A stretch of 45,740 bases of DNA from a bacterium (lineage in GTDB: Bacteria > Patescibacteriota > Minisyncoccia > UBA6257 > JAGOQP01): contig JAJYXK010000013.1 in NCBI GenBank assembly GCA_021801825.1, forward strand, positions 1 through 45,740, read 5' to 3'. Numbering within the stretch: the first letter of the stretch is position 1; each line of letters begins with the position of its first letter. This document shows, piece by piece, positions 1 to 9,412 of this stretch. Position numbers and translations under genes: made by a program. The notes beneath the pieces were generated by a model, which saw only the letters and a list, made by a program, of their open reading frames with translations, did not search any database and was not told the origin of the DNA.

Positions 1-156
1 GTGGGTTGGTTATTTTAAATCGCCTTATTAGACTTAGGTGGTTATTAATTAGAAAGATGTGACCCTCATATCTCTGTGCATAACTTATACAACATACCTT
101 AAAAAACAGCCAATGGGGCTGTTTTTGGGGGTTGGAAATGCCCTTGACAGATGGGG

Positions 157-185
157 TTGCTTATTTTTGAGATATGGTGTATAAT
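157..185 (+). promoter_or_regulatory. sigma70-type promoter
   Basis: TTGCTT, 17-bp spacer, TATAAT upstream of ORF 260; GGAGG RBS at ~249-253. Confidence 0.5.
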
Positions 186-259
186 ATAGGCAGCTTTTTG
201 AGAAAAAGAAAATAATAAAAATAAATATATAAACCAAAAACAACGCACGGAGGTGCATT

Positions 260-1168
260 ATGAAACGCAATATCTTTTATTTCGTTATCCTCCTGCTTGT
301 TATGTGTATTCTTCCTGCAGGAGTTTTTAGTCAAACTGGATCCTTAATCCAGAACCTTACTGCCAAGTGGGTTAATAAAGTCCCTTGGCTGTCATATTCA
401 AATACTCCACAAGCTGAGTTTAAAACTTATGTTGATTCCTGTACTCAATTAAATTGTTATGTGAGGGTTTTTGAGCAAAAAGATCTCCCCATTATTACTG
501 ATGCGGCCTACTTCAATTGGATTGCGGATCCCGCAGAAACATTACAGGTCCCTGACTCTGTTAGGGTGATCGCAAAAGTTATTTCAACAGATCCTCAAAA
601 TCTTCCCATTGTTAGTTTGCAAGTTAAATTATTGCAAAAGAGTGTGGGTGGAGGATATTTCAGTGAGTATAAAGACATTAATTCCACGTGGAGCACGTAT
701 GTGTGGAAAACTACTGATACCTATCGCAAAGTTCCATCTTTCGAAGGGTTTGGTATTGGAGTTATTATTGGTCAGTCTCCAAATGCGATGAAAGCAACTA
801 TTGCTGTAAAAGTTGTTGAGCTTTGGAAAAACGGCGTCTGTTACTATCAGTACCTGTTCAAACCCGACACCACTGTTTCTGTTGAGGATGCTCCAACTAT
901 TCCTACTAGTTTTGCGCTCTCTCAGAATTATCCCAACCCGTTTAATCCGAGTACTCGCATAAAAGTGACTATTCCTGAGGCAGGAACTTACGAGTTAGCG
1001 GTATATAATAGCATTGGACAGAAAGTTTCGGTTATCATTTCCGAGCAGCTTTCTATCGGCATATATGAATTCACTTTTAGTGCCGGAAAACTCTCATCGG
1101 GGGTATATATCTATCGTTTAATTGGTAGAAATACCTCTCTTTCTAAGAAAATGTTATTAGTTAAATAA
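260..1168 (+). CDS. secreted protein with T9SS type A (Por) C-terminal sorting domain
   Basis: N-terminal signal peptide; C-terminal 'FALSQNYPNPFNPST...YNSIGQKV...LSSGVYIYRL...KKMLLVK' matches the T9SS CTD consensus. Confidence 0.9.
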   Translation: MKRNIFYFVILLLVMCILPAGVFSQTGSLIQNLTAKWVNKVPWLSYSNTPQAEFKTYVDSCTQLNCYVRVFEQKDLPIITDAAYFNWIADPAETLQVPDSVRVIAKVISTDPQNLPIVSLQVKLLQKSVGGGYFSEYKDINSTWSTYVWKTTDTYRKVPSFEGFGIGVIIGQSPNAMKATIAVKVVELWKNGVCYYQYLFKPDTTVSVEDAPTIPTSFALSQNYPNPFNPSTRIKVTIPEAGTYELAVYNSIGQKVSVIISEQLSIGIYEFTFSAGKLSSGVYIYRLIGRNTSLSKKMLLVK

Positions 1169-1196
1169 TTATTTAATTTTTCTTTTATTGTTCATT

Positions 1197-1237
1197 AACA
1201 AGAGGGCACTCGTCTCACGGCGAGTGCTTTTTTGTTT
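1197..1237 (+). terminator. intrinsic terminator
   Basis: GCACTCG...CGAGTGC stem followed by T-tract. Confidence 0.75.
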
Positions 1238-1292
1238 ATCCACTCCTTTTGAGTTTTATTTTATGCTATACTATGGTCAAATAAAAAATTAT

Positions 1293-4200
1293 ATGTACAA
1301 ACGCATCTTATTATCATTACTTTTAATCGTCGGAGTTTTTGGAACCACCTCGTTAACACACGCATTGCCTGTGGAGAGTGTGGGAGTTACCCCTAGTCAA
1401 CAAACGTTGTCTTATGCAACGGTTCCGGTATATCAAAATGGAGTGCAAACAGGAACCACTAAGGCGTATACTGGATCTATTCTTGTATCCGTAACAAATC
1501 CCCAAAAAAAGAGTCTTTGCGTAACGGTTCCTTCAACGGTTTCTCTTGGGGGATACACCTTTCCTGTTGCGGGACGTGGTATCTCGGGGAGTGGGCAATG
1601 GGTTGGCGACAATCAAGTTTGTGGAAATGACAACTTTCAGGTTTCTGTTTCTATTAATGTGAAGTCAACAACTGGCGCAGCATTAGATGCTGGAACATAT
1701 TCATATCCAGTAACCTCAAATTCTTCTGGATATGAGAGTCTTTCCGCGAGTCTTATTATTTCGCGAGTTGCATATTCGGTAACCGGCGTTACACTCGCAC
1801 AGTATAATGCTAATGTGTATGATGCTACCAACTGTGATGTTTCTCAGGCGCAAGACCCCTACCAAGCAGGAGATTATAGAATGTGTAGAATTCTCCCTGT
1901 AAACAATAGAAACGGTTCAATCTTTGTAAATGGTGGTCCCGTGGGTCAAGTTGGGTCATTTATTACTGATGATCCCGGAACTACAGGAACATGGTCTCTT
2001 TATCTACCTAATTATAGAGCAACTATTCAAGGGGGAGTATTTTATGGTGGTACCGCATACAGAATATATACTGCGGCGCGGTTTGTGAATGGCGCTTGGC
2101 AAAAATCTTATGTGACCGAAATCGCTATAAATCCCGTTTCTGGACAGGGAGATTTCAGTAATGTGGATAGTATAAATATCTACACTCCTATGTCTCTTAG
2201 TTATAATTCTTTTACGCTTACCCCCGCGACTCAAACACAAACTACTACTCTTTCCGAATCATATTCACAATCGGGAACAATTTCTTTTAATGTTAGTGAC
2301 AGGGTTGGGGTTTCCTGCGGTGATGTTAATATGTCTGCCGTGGCAAAGGGCCCTCTGGCAAACTATGTGAGTGGTATTCAGGGAAATATCAATACCTCGT
2401 GCGCACCAACGATTTCATTTAATATAAAACCTTCATATGTTTCTAATCAGATAGTGTATAGATGTCCTATTGATGCTAATGGAGTCGATGAAGAGGGAAT
2501 TCCTCTCGCAGGTAAAATCGTGGCGAATGGATCGGTGAGTTGTGGAAGAGTTTCAACTATGGGAAACAAACTGGTATATCCATATGCCGATACTATCCCC
2601 ACTACGCATTATTTAAAAGACGACATTGTTGATAGTAGCGCTATTCAATTTGATGTTACGGGGAAAACATATGATGGATATATGACTATTGGAACTTCTC
2701 GTACCGTAAGCGCAACGGTTGTTCTTAAACCAACAGCTCCTACCAAGACTATCTCAATAAAATCAGGACAACCATCCGCCTCTTTTTCTGGGGATTCAAG
2801 GAATCAGACTGTTACTATTCCTGTAACCATAACTGCGACTGGATTTTCAAGTGAGAATGAAATTATTGCAAAGAGATCATATGGAGAACCTTTAAATAAG
2901 TTTCTTTCGATAGTTAGTTATTTTACTACTAATACTTCTTCATCAATTGTGAATGGGGCTACTACTCTCACAATCAATAAAAGTCTTACCATTGTTCGTA
3001 ACGGAGAAAATCCCACTTCTGATATAATTGGAGATATCCGACTCACTGCATTTAGTACTGATGGAACCGCTACTGCCACTCCAATAAATGTAAAAGTGAC
3101 TATTGATGGTCCCATTCTCCCCCCAGGAGATTTGCAACTACTTCCGCGATTACAATCAATGCATGTTGCAGAAAAAGATCTTCCCAAGACTGTTTTCTTT
3201 GATGTGACGGCAAGTACGACCGCTGACTGCAATTCAATTTCATACGTGAATGGATATCTTCCAGACATCACCCCAAGCTGGGTAACTCCCATGCGTGGAT
3301 TTGGGGGGAATAAATGTTTAACTAGATTTGCTGTTGCTTTACCCCCAGATGCTCTAAGTCACCTAAATCAATCTAATAACTCATTAATTGGAGTGACTGC
3401 GGGAACTGCGACTATAAATGGAACTACTACAACTGGGTTTGCGGGATTCTGGGTGACTGTTGATCCTTCTATTGTTGTTCCACCGACAACATTAACCGCA
3501 CATCTTGATTTGAGTAAATCTGGAGCAAAAGTTAATGAGGTTATAAATGCGACCACAACTTCAACAGGAGGAAGTGATCCTAAAACATATAAAATTAATT
3601 TCGGTGATGGCACAGGTGATCAACCAGGACAATTTCTCAGTCATGCGTATGCGGCTTCGGGATCATATACGGTGACGGGTACGGTGACCGATGCAAATGG
3701 CGTGGTAGCAACTGATTCAAAAGGAATTAATATCAATACGGTAGTTGTATCCGACTTGAAGGCTTTATTGTCGGTAAGTCCTACGCAAGTGGATGTGGGC
3801 GATCCTGTACAGGCGGCTCTCTCTGCTTCTGGAGGAACGGGACCATACTCTGCGTATAAAATTGATTTTGGTGATGGCACAATTTCAAACACTTCATCTG
3901 CGTCAAATTCATATGATTCTGCCGGCACGTATACCGTGACAGGAACTATTACTGATACAACGGGAGCTACCGCAAGTGTTAGTAAAACTATTTCGGTAAA
4001 TTATCCACGTATTCAAGCAGGAATCACTATTACTTCACCAACTCCTCAATCGCGTATTATTACTCCAGATAAAGTGATTGTGGCGGTATCAGCGAGCGGG
4101 GGACGAGGCGCGGGTACGTATAGATATTCCATAGATTTTGGTGATGGATCTTCTCCGATGGTGTATTCCAACGCAGGAGGTAGTGTTACCAATATTCAAC

Positions 4201-4667
4201 ACACCTATACAGCCGTTAGCTCGGTGACTAATTATCAGATTCAAGTAACCGTTACTGACATGGCGGGGCGCGCTCAAAGTGATAGCGCAAGTGTTACGCT
4301 TACTGCATATCCACCGCTTGCGTGTACCTTGAATATGAATAAGTCCATTGGACTTCCTCCATTTCATCCAACCTTTATCGTAAAGAGTAAAGGAGGGACT
4401 GAAAGTAAGTATCGTATTCTTATGAACGCCGATGGGGGAACAAAAGCGACCGATGAGGCATTTGTGAGCAATCCTGCTACTGCGTCTACTACCTTGAGTC
4501 AATACGTTTACTTAAGCTCAGGATCATATAGTCCAGTCGCTCGTGTGTTTGACCTAGATCTTATCGGAAGTGGATTTCTTGTGGGAACCAAGAATGCTTC
4601 TACTACCTGCGCTACTTCCACGACGGTTCTCTCAGGAAGTGGGGGAGAAACAACTCCAGGATTGTAG
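1293..4667 (+). CDS. large exported Ser/Thr-rich surface protein with C-terminal PKD domains
   Basis: Signal peptide from ATG 1293 (MYKRILLSLLL); three (N/D)FGDG...Y...Y.V PKD motifs plus a degenerate fourth; ends GGETTPGL. Confidence 0.85.
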   Translation: MYKRILLSLLLIVGVFGTTSLTHALPVESVGVTPSQQTLSYATVPVYQNGVQTGTTKAYTGSILVSVTNPQKKSLCVTVPSTVSLGGYTFPVAGRGISGSGQWVGDNQVCGNDNFQVSVSINVKSTTGAALDAGTYSYPVTSNSSGYESLSASLIISRVAYSVTGVTLAQYNANVYDATNCDVSQAQDPYQAGDYRMCRILPVNNRNGSIFVNGGPVGQVGSFITDDPGTTGTWSLYLPNYRATIQGGVFYGGTAYRIYTAARFVNGAWQKSYVTEIAINPVSGQGDFSNVDSINIYTPMSLSYNSFTLTPATQTQTTTLSESYSQSGTISFNVSDRVGVSCGDVNMSAVAKGPLANYVSGIQGNINTSCAPTISFNIKPSYVSNQIVYRCPIDANGVDEEGIPLAGKIVANGSVSCGRVSTMGNKLVYPYADTIPTTHYLKDDIVDSSAIQFDVTGKTYDGYMTIGTSRTVSATVVLKPTAPTKTISIKSGQPSASFSGDSRNQTVTIPVTITATGFSSENEIIAKRSYGEPLNKFLSIVSYFTTNTSSSIVNGATTLTINKSLTIVRNGENPTSDIIGDIRLTAFSTDGTATATPINVKVTIDGPILPPGDLQLLPRLQSMHVAEKDLPKTVFFDVTASTTADCNSISYVNGYLPDITPSWVTPMRGFGGNKCLTRFAVALPPDALSHLNQSNNSLIGVTAGTATINGTTTTGFAGFWVTVDPSIVVPPTTLTAHLDLSKSGAKVNEVINATTTSTGGSDPKTYKINFGDGTGDQPGQFLSHAYAASGSYTVTGTVTDANGVVATDSKGININTVVVSDLKALLSVSPTQVDVGDPVQAALSASGGTGPYSAYKIDFGDGTISNTSSASNSYDSAGTYTVTGTITDTTGATASVSKTISVNYPRIQAGITITSPTPQSRIITPDKVIVAVSASGGRGAGTYRYSIDFGDGSSPMVYSNAGGSVTNIQHTYTAVSSVTNYQIQVTVTDMAGRAQSDSASVTLTAYPPLACTLNMNKSIGLPPFHPTFIVKSKGGTESKYRILMNADGGTKATDEAFVSNPATASTTLSQYVYLSSGSYSPVARVFDLDLIGSGFLVGTKNASTTCATSTTVLSGSGGETTPGL

Positions 4668-4745
4668 AATAGTAAATATAGAAAATAAAATCCAAAACCC
4701 CCGAGAGGGGGTTTTGAGTTAAACCAAACTCTTTCAATCTTATCT
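4639..4745 (+). repeat. left copy of ~100-bp direct repeat (PKD gene 3' end plus terminator)
   Basis: ACAACTCC(A/G)GGATTGTAGAATAGTAAATATAGAAAATA...CAAAACCCCCGAGAGGGGGTTTTG...AAACTCTTT recurs at ~10896-11000. Confidence 0.9.
4693..4716 (+). terminator. intrinsic (probably bidirectional) terminator
   Basis: CAAAACCCCC-GAGA-GGGGGTTTTG perfect hairpin. Confidence 0.8.
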
Positions 4746-4814
4746 ATTGTGTATTTATATAAAATGTGGTTAAATAAACTTAGTATATTACAATAAAATA
4801 AAGGAGAAATAATT

Positions 4815-6128
4815 ATGTTGTATAAAACATTGGATTCGCCACTTTCTATTCACTTAGAGGTGAATACCTCTTGTAACCAGAAATGTATTCATTGTTATAA
4901 TTTTTGGAGAAAGGAAGATAAACCAGTCTTCATTAATCTAAAAAAAGAACTTGCTGAGCATATAGTGCAACAGCTGAAGAGGTTTGGGGTGTTTCACGTT
5001 GTTCTTAACGGAGGGGAGCCTCTTATGAATTTATCAACCCTTCTCTTTCTAATAGATGCTCTTTCAAGAAATCAAATTAGTTTTTCTCTTAATACTAATT
5101 TGACCCTTCTTACTGAGTCATCGGCGCAAAAATTAAAAGATGCTGGACTTGAAATTTTGCTTACGTCGTTACTTTCACACAATCCTGCGGTTCACAACTA
5201 TCTTGCTCAAGAAGAAAATTCTTTTGAAAACTTCTTAAACGGTTTCAAAATTGCTAAAAAAGTTGGCTTCAAGATTACTGTTAATATGGTTGTATCTAAA
5301 GTGAACAAGAGAGACATTTTGGGGGTCGGTCTATTAGCGAATTCATTAGGGGCTTCGTCATTTTCTGCAACGCGAGTTATGCCTCAACATCCTTACAATT
5401 CGGATTTTAATGAGTTACTCGCCTTAGACAATGGGGATGTTGATCATATAATTAAATCGCTTATGATTTTACATTCTGATAATATTTTTGTTGAATCTCT
5501 TATCCCATATCCAACGTGTTCTTTCAACAATAACGCTGAATTCCTTGTCCTTGGAAGAAAGTCTTGTTCTGCTGGGAAAACCTCGTGTGTTATAGGGGCC
5601 GATGGTCTAGTTAGGGCATGTCCTCATGATAGTAAAGTATATGGAGATATCAAAAATGAAAATCTTGGTTTAATATGGCAAAACATGTCTGAATGGAGAG
5701 ATGGAAGCCTTATTCCTCTTGAATGCAAAAAATGTCATTTCTTTTCACAATGTGGCGGTGGATGTCGCATGACATCAACACATGTGTTTGAAAAAGATAC
5801 GGCTATGAGAGAGAACCAAATGGAATCAAAACACAATATAGCTATATATCCAAGTATGAAATCTCTTGATGGAATTGCTCTGTTGAGAGTAAAGGAAACT
5901 TGTAGATTTAGAAAGGATGGAGAACTTTGTGTTATAAACACCGGAGGAATGAAGAATGTGTTCATAAATTCGGAAACGTTTGGTTTACTTTCTACACTTT
6001 ATTCTGAAAAATCAAAATTTACAGTGTCTGAGCTTATTACTAAGTATGATTTACATATGAATTTGGAAGAATGTTGTAATTTCTTCTCTCATCTTGTAAA
6101 CAGGGGTGTTATTGAGATATTGACCTAA
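4815..6128 (+). CDS. radical SAM/SPASM peptide maturase with C-terminal PqqD/RRE-like domain
   Basis: CNQKCIHC, GGEP, SPASM cysteines (CSAG...RACP...CKKC..FSQCGGGC); last ~85 aa have a beta3-alpha3 RRE-like pattern ending 'FFSHLVNRGVI'. Confidence 0.9.
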   Translation: MLYKTLDSPLSIHLEVNTSCNQKCIHCYNFWRKEDKPVFINLKKELAEHIVQQLKRFGVFHVVLNGGEPLMNLSTLLFLIDALSRNQISFSLNTNLTLLTESSAQKLKDAGLEILLTSLLSHNPAVHNYLAQEENSFENFLNGFKIAKKVGFKITVNMVVSKVNKRDILGVGLLANSLGASSFSATRVMPQHPYNSDFNELLALDNGDVDHIIKSLMILHSDNIFVESLIPYPTCSFNNNAEFLVLGRKSCSAGKTSCVIGADGLVRACPHDSKVYGDIKNENLGLIWQNMSEWRDGSLIPLECKKCHFFSQCGGGCRMTSTHVFEKDTAMRENQMESKHNIAIYPSMKSLDGIALLRVKETCRFRKDGELCVINTGGMKNVFINSETFGLLSTLYSEKSKFTVSELITKYDLHMNLEECCNFFSHLVNRGVIEILT

Positions 6129-6196
6129 TCTTTTATCTATCCTACTATTAAGATGGTACACTAAGTACCTATTAGCTAATAAAGACGGAGTTTCCA

Positions 6197-6334
6197 ATGG
6201 AACTCAAATTTGTTTCTTTACTTAACCTCACAGATGATTGTAACAATCTATCCTGTTGTGAAAGTGGTAGTGGTGGATGTAACACGTGTCAATCAGGATG
6301 TGAGGGGGGGACAGAGGAGTGTGATGGAGAATAG
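6197..6334 (+). CDS. Cys-rich RiPP precursor candidate, 45 aa, 7 Cys (missed by ORF track)
   Basis: Hand translation MELKFVSLLNLTDDCNNLSCCESGSGGCNTCQSGCEGGTEECDGE*; GGAG RBS at 6187-6190; lies between the rSAM gene and a terminator. Confidence 0.8.
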   Translation: MELKFVSLLNLTDDCNNLSCCESGSGGCNTCQSGCEGGTEECDGE

Positions 6335-6365
6335 CTCTCCCGTCTCGTTTGTTCTCTAGTATTAG

Positions 6366-6401
6366 AGCCCGTGCTATTTTGGCACGGGTTTATTTTTTTT
6401 T
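6366..6401 (+). terminator. intrinsic terminator closing the rSAM-peptide unit
   Basis: CCCGTGC...GCACGGG stem followed by a long T-run. Confidence 0.8.
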
Positions 6402-6418
6402 AATTTCGTGTAGTATAT

Positions 6419-7129
6419 ATGCATATGAGTTATCCTCACGTTACATTTCAATACAATATAGATAAAGATATCTCCAATTTGAAAATTGGACTCGCTGTTG
6501 CGCACAATGGAAGAAATAACGACGGGGAAATATCTCATATTGTGCGAGTTTATGACGCCAATCCTACAGATGAACAGCTATACGCCTATGTCAATAAGTG
6601 GTGGGGCGGTAGGGAACATCTAAAACCTCTTATTTTAGAACCTCTACAATCGTATTGGAATTCCGTAGAACATAGTTTCTTTGAAACACTATATTCCAAC
6701 ATGCAGTTAGATTCATGGTATGAGGTAAAAACTATTGATTCATTTCTCAGCATCCGTTATGGGTGTGGGTATAATGAGAAGGAAAATTGGTTTGCAACTA
6801 GTGTCCACGCGAGCTCTTTTCGAAATACTGCGACCGCCATGCATGAAATTATGCATATTTTCTTCCATAAACAGTGGTGGAATTTTTGTGTATCACAAGG
6901 GATTGAAAGTTCATATATATGGGATATTAAGGAATCATTTACTACACTTCTTAATGTGTGGTTTGAGGATTTGCTAATTGATACAGATTTCGGATATCCC
7001 GAGCACCAGAATTTACGCACAAAAATACGTGAGTGGCATCAAGAGAAGGATGATTTCAAAACTATGTGTGAAAAGGCGTGTTTGTATATGAAAGAACATC
7101 CCGAAGAACACGCGAAATGGAAAGTTTAA
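6419..7129 (+). CDS. hypothetical HExxH (gluzincin-like) metalloprotein
   Basis: 'MHEIMH' with a downstream Glu in 'DIKESFT'. Confidence 0.6.
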   Translation: MHMSYPHVTFQYNIDKDISNLKIGLAVAHNGRNNDGEISHIVRVYDANPTDEQLYAYVNKWWGGREHLKPLILEPLQSYWNSVEHSFFETLYSNMQLDSWYEVKTIDSFLSIRYGCGYNEKENWFATSVHASSFRNTATAMHEIMHIFFHKQWWNFCVSQGIESSYIWDIKESFTTLLNVWFEDLLIDTDFGYPEHQNLRTKIREWHQEKDDFKTMCEKACLYMKEHPEEHAKWKV

Positions 7130-7295
7130 GTTTGGGATTGTCTTTATATAAGAGAGGGTTCATTTTTCTTGTTCTTTGTGCTCTGGTTCTTGATCCAGAT
7201 GATGTGTCGCTTCTTGAGAAAATAGTCCCTCAATTTATCCTTAATCTCCATAGCAAGATGTCTCTTCAAAAAACTGTTTTATGATAGTTAATATA

Positions 7296-7841
7296 TTATA
7301 GGGCAGTTTTTTTGAACGTAAGATTATTTGGATCTAATCCTTCAGATTTTATTATCTCTGTGGCAGTCCCCTTGATGATTTGTGAATTCTTGATATTCAG
7401 AGATTTCAACAATGTGTTTACGTCTTTTTTGCTAGACGCTTCAATTTCCATATATGGATTCATATTTGGATAAGTGTCTAGTTCTATTTTCGTGTCTTTT
7501 AATTTATATTCTTCTCTTATTTTTTCTCTATTCCTAAAAATTTTAAATCCCATAAATTCTAGGATTTTCTTTGCCTGTTCAAAACTACTAACCTGTATTT
7601 CATACTCGTCTCGGATTTCAAAATTTTTGTCTTCTTTTTTTACTTTTATGGTTAGAAATGTTTTTTTCCCCTCTTTTCGTAATCTAAGGGAAGAATACGC
7701 GCGTTCTTTTTGGGCTGATTCAAAATACAACTCATGCATTAAGGTTGGTTTCATAATTAACTTTCCCCCAATTTTTCTTAAATCTCTGCGCACTCTTTTT
7801 ACGTCAATGTCTAATATTTTTATTTCTATTTCTCTTTTCAT
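7296..7841 (-). CDS. cyaB: CYTH-domain protein (class IV adenylate cyclase-like)
   Basis: EIEIK (ExExK) start, LRLRK, REEY, EIE motifs. Confidence 0.8.
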   Translation of the reverse strand: MKREIEIKILDIDVKRVRRDLRKIGGKLIMKPTLMHELYFESAQKERAYSSLRLRKEGKKTFLTIKVKKEDKNFEIRDEYEIQVSSFEQAKKILEFMGFKIFRNREKIREEYKLKDTKIELDTYPNMNPYMEIEASSKKDVNTLLKSLNIKNSQIIKGTATEIIKSEGLDPNNLTFKKTAL

Positions 7842-7847
7842 ATTGGA

Positions 7848-8588
7848 TTATATAAATAACAATTTGGTTATATCATTAAATATTTTTACCGACAAATCTA
7901 TTTCCTCTCTTAGTTTCTCTTCTGATATTATTGTTACTTCTTTTTTCGCCCTCATTTCCTCATATTTTTTTAATTGCTTGATTATTCTTATTGGAAGACT
8001 TTTCTCTGCTAAATATATGACTTCTCTGTATGTTGAGGGTGCTAGTTGTGGCTCTGCCAAGCTTTGTTTTAATATTAGAAAAATAATTTTTATGTTCTTT
8101 TTTAGTAATTTCTGAAGACTCTTTTTATCCTTGGTATGTGTAAAGATATCGGCGTTTCTCCTTAAAAAATTTTTATCCTGATCTGCAAGGGTTGCCCAGA
8201 ATCCATAGATAAAATCTTGGTAACCCATCGCGGGGATTTTTATATTTTTCTTTATTAAAACCTTTGTTTTTCCGAGGAAAAATAAAAAATTTTTAATTTT
8301 CCCATGTAATTTTCTTGGCTCGGTGTGTTCTATGGTATATTTCGAAACAATCATGGTGTCTATCTCAATTTTTGCAAGAGATTCTAACTCTTGCTCACAT
8401 TTTTTTACAAGTCTTAGATTTAGCGAATCTATCTTGTTTAAAACCAATAGCACATCTATGTCACTCCACCCATGGACAAAATTTTTTCTTCCAACGCTTC
8501 CTCCGACGATAAGTAAATTAATGTTTTTTCCCAAGGTCTTCCTATATGTGAAATGAATGGTTTTTAATAATTTATTTATATCTACCAT
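7848..8588 (-). CDS. Pol-beta-fold nucleotidyltransferase-domain protein
   Basis: 'GGSVGR...WSDIDVL' GS/DxD motif with a helical C-terminal half; ATG 8588 overlaps the upstream stop. Confidence 0.75.
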   Translation of the reverse strand: MVDINKLLKTIHFTYRKTLGKNINLLIVGGSVGRKNFVHGWSDIDVLLVLNKIDSLNLRLVKKCEQELESLAKIEIDTMIVSKYTIEHTEPRKLHGKIKNFLFFLGKTKVLIKKNIKIPAMGYQDFIYGFWATLADQDKNFLRRNADIFTHTKDKKSLQKLLKKNIKIIFLILKQSLAEPQLAPSTYREVIYLAEKSLPIRIIKQLKKYEEMRAKKEVTIISEEKLREEIDLSVKIFNDITKLLFI

Positions 8589-9412
8589 AATAACATATTT
8601 AATTTTTTTGTTGACCAATTAAATTGGTGTATAGATCGATTTTTAATATAAGTTCCTGGGTTTAGTTTTATCACCTTTCTATTATCTTTGACTACAAGCG
8701 ATCCATGAAGAATAAACATATTTTCAAATATTTTTGTGTATTCTTGTAGTGTTTTATTCATCACGTTTTTCTTCGACGATATTATTAATTCTTCTATTTT
8801 TATCATTCTTTGCCCAACTCCGTTTTCTGGTATAAATTTTTTCCTTTTTATTATGTCTTTTCTGCAATCATTTTGTTCTAAGCATTGGTATTTTTGAATC
8901 CCTATTTTTTTTCTTAGTAATGTTTTGTTAAATTGAAGATATCCATCCCTCTCTCTTCCATAATCGTCCTGTATTCTTATGAGGTTATATTTATTTGGGG
9001 GAGATTCTAGCTCTAAAACCCTTGAATAAAATACTTTGTCTTTATTAATTGTCTTATGAGCAAGCCCTGCTTTAATGATTCTAAAATCACCAGGATGCAA
9101 TACATTTCTACTACTAAGCGTCTCTAAAATAATATCTCCCTGAATTACAATATTTAGTGTATCTTTCTGGGGATGACAATGTAGTGATGTGGAAGACGTT
9201 GGTTTTATGTGAAGTTCCCATATTTCTACTTTTTTATTTTTTCCACACAGATATTCGTATCCCCATGGTTTTTTCACTATAAAATTTTTAAAGTCAAAAG
9301 CGCCAGTTCTTTTTATCTTTCTAATAGATTTATTTCTGATGATACGCGCGTCTTTCTTTGTTGGGTTAATTACTTTTTGAGATTTTATAATATGTGGATA
9401 TTCTGTAATCAT
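8582..9412 (-). CDS. cupin-domain protein (mannose-6-P isomerase-like cupin)
   Basis: KKPWGYE, TSLHCHP, 'RIQDDYGR' motifs; probable second degenerate cupin at the C-terminus. Confidence 0.75.
   Translation of the reverse strand: MITEYPHIIKSQKVINPTKKDARIIRNKSIRKIKRTGAFDFKNFIVKKPWGYEYLCGKNKKVEIWELHIKPTSSTSLHCHPQKDTLNIVIQGDIILETLSSRNVLHPGDFRIIKAGLAHKTINKDKVFYSRVLELESPPNKYNLIRIQDDYGRERDGYLQFNKTLLRKKIGIQKYQCLEQNDCRKDIIKRKKFIPENGVGQRMIKIEELIISSKKNVMNKTLQEYTKIFENMFILHGSLVVKDNRKVIKLNPGTYIKNRSIHQFNWSTKKLNMLLW

Noticed and set aside
1188-1292. N-terminal extension of the 1159-aa ORF
   Set aside because: Overlaps a terminator; the signal peptide begins at ATG 1293
7078-7284. 68-aa ORF after the HExxH gene
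   Set aside because: Overlaps the upstream gene, has no motif and no clear start; at most a remnant
7474-8115. 213-aa plus-strand ORF
   Set aside because: Antisense shadow of the CYTH and NTase genes
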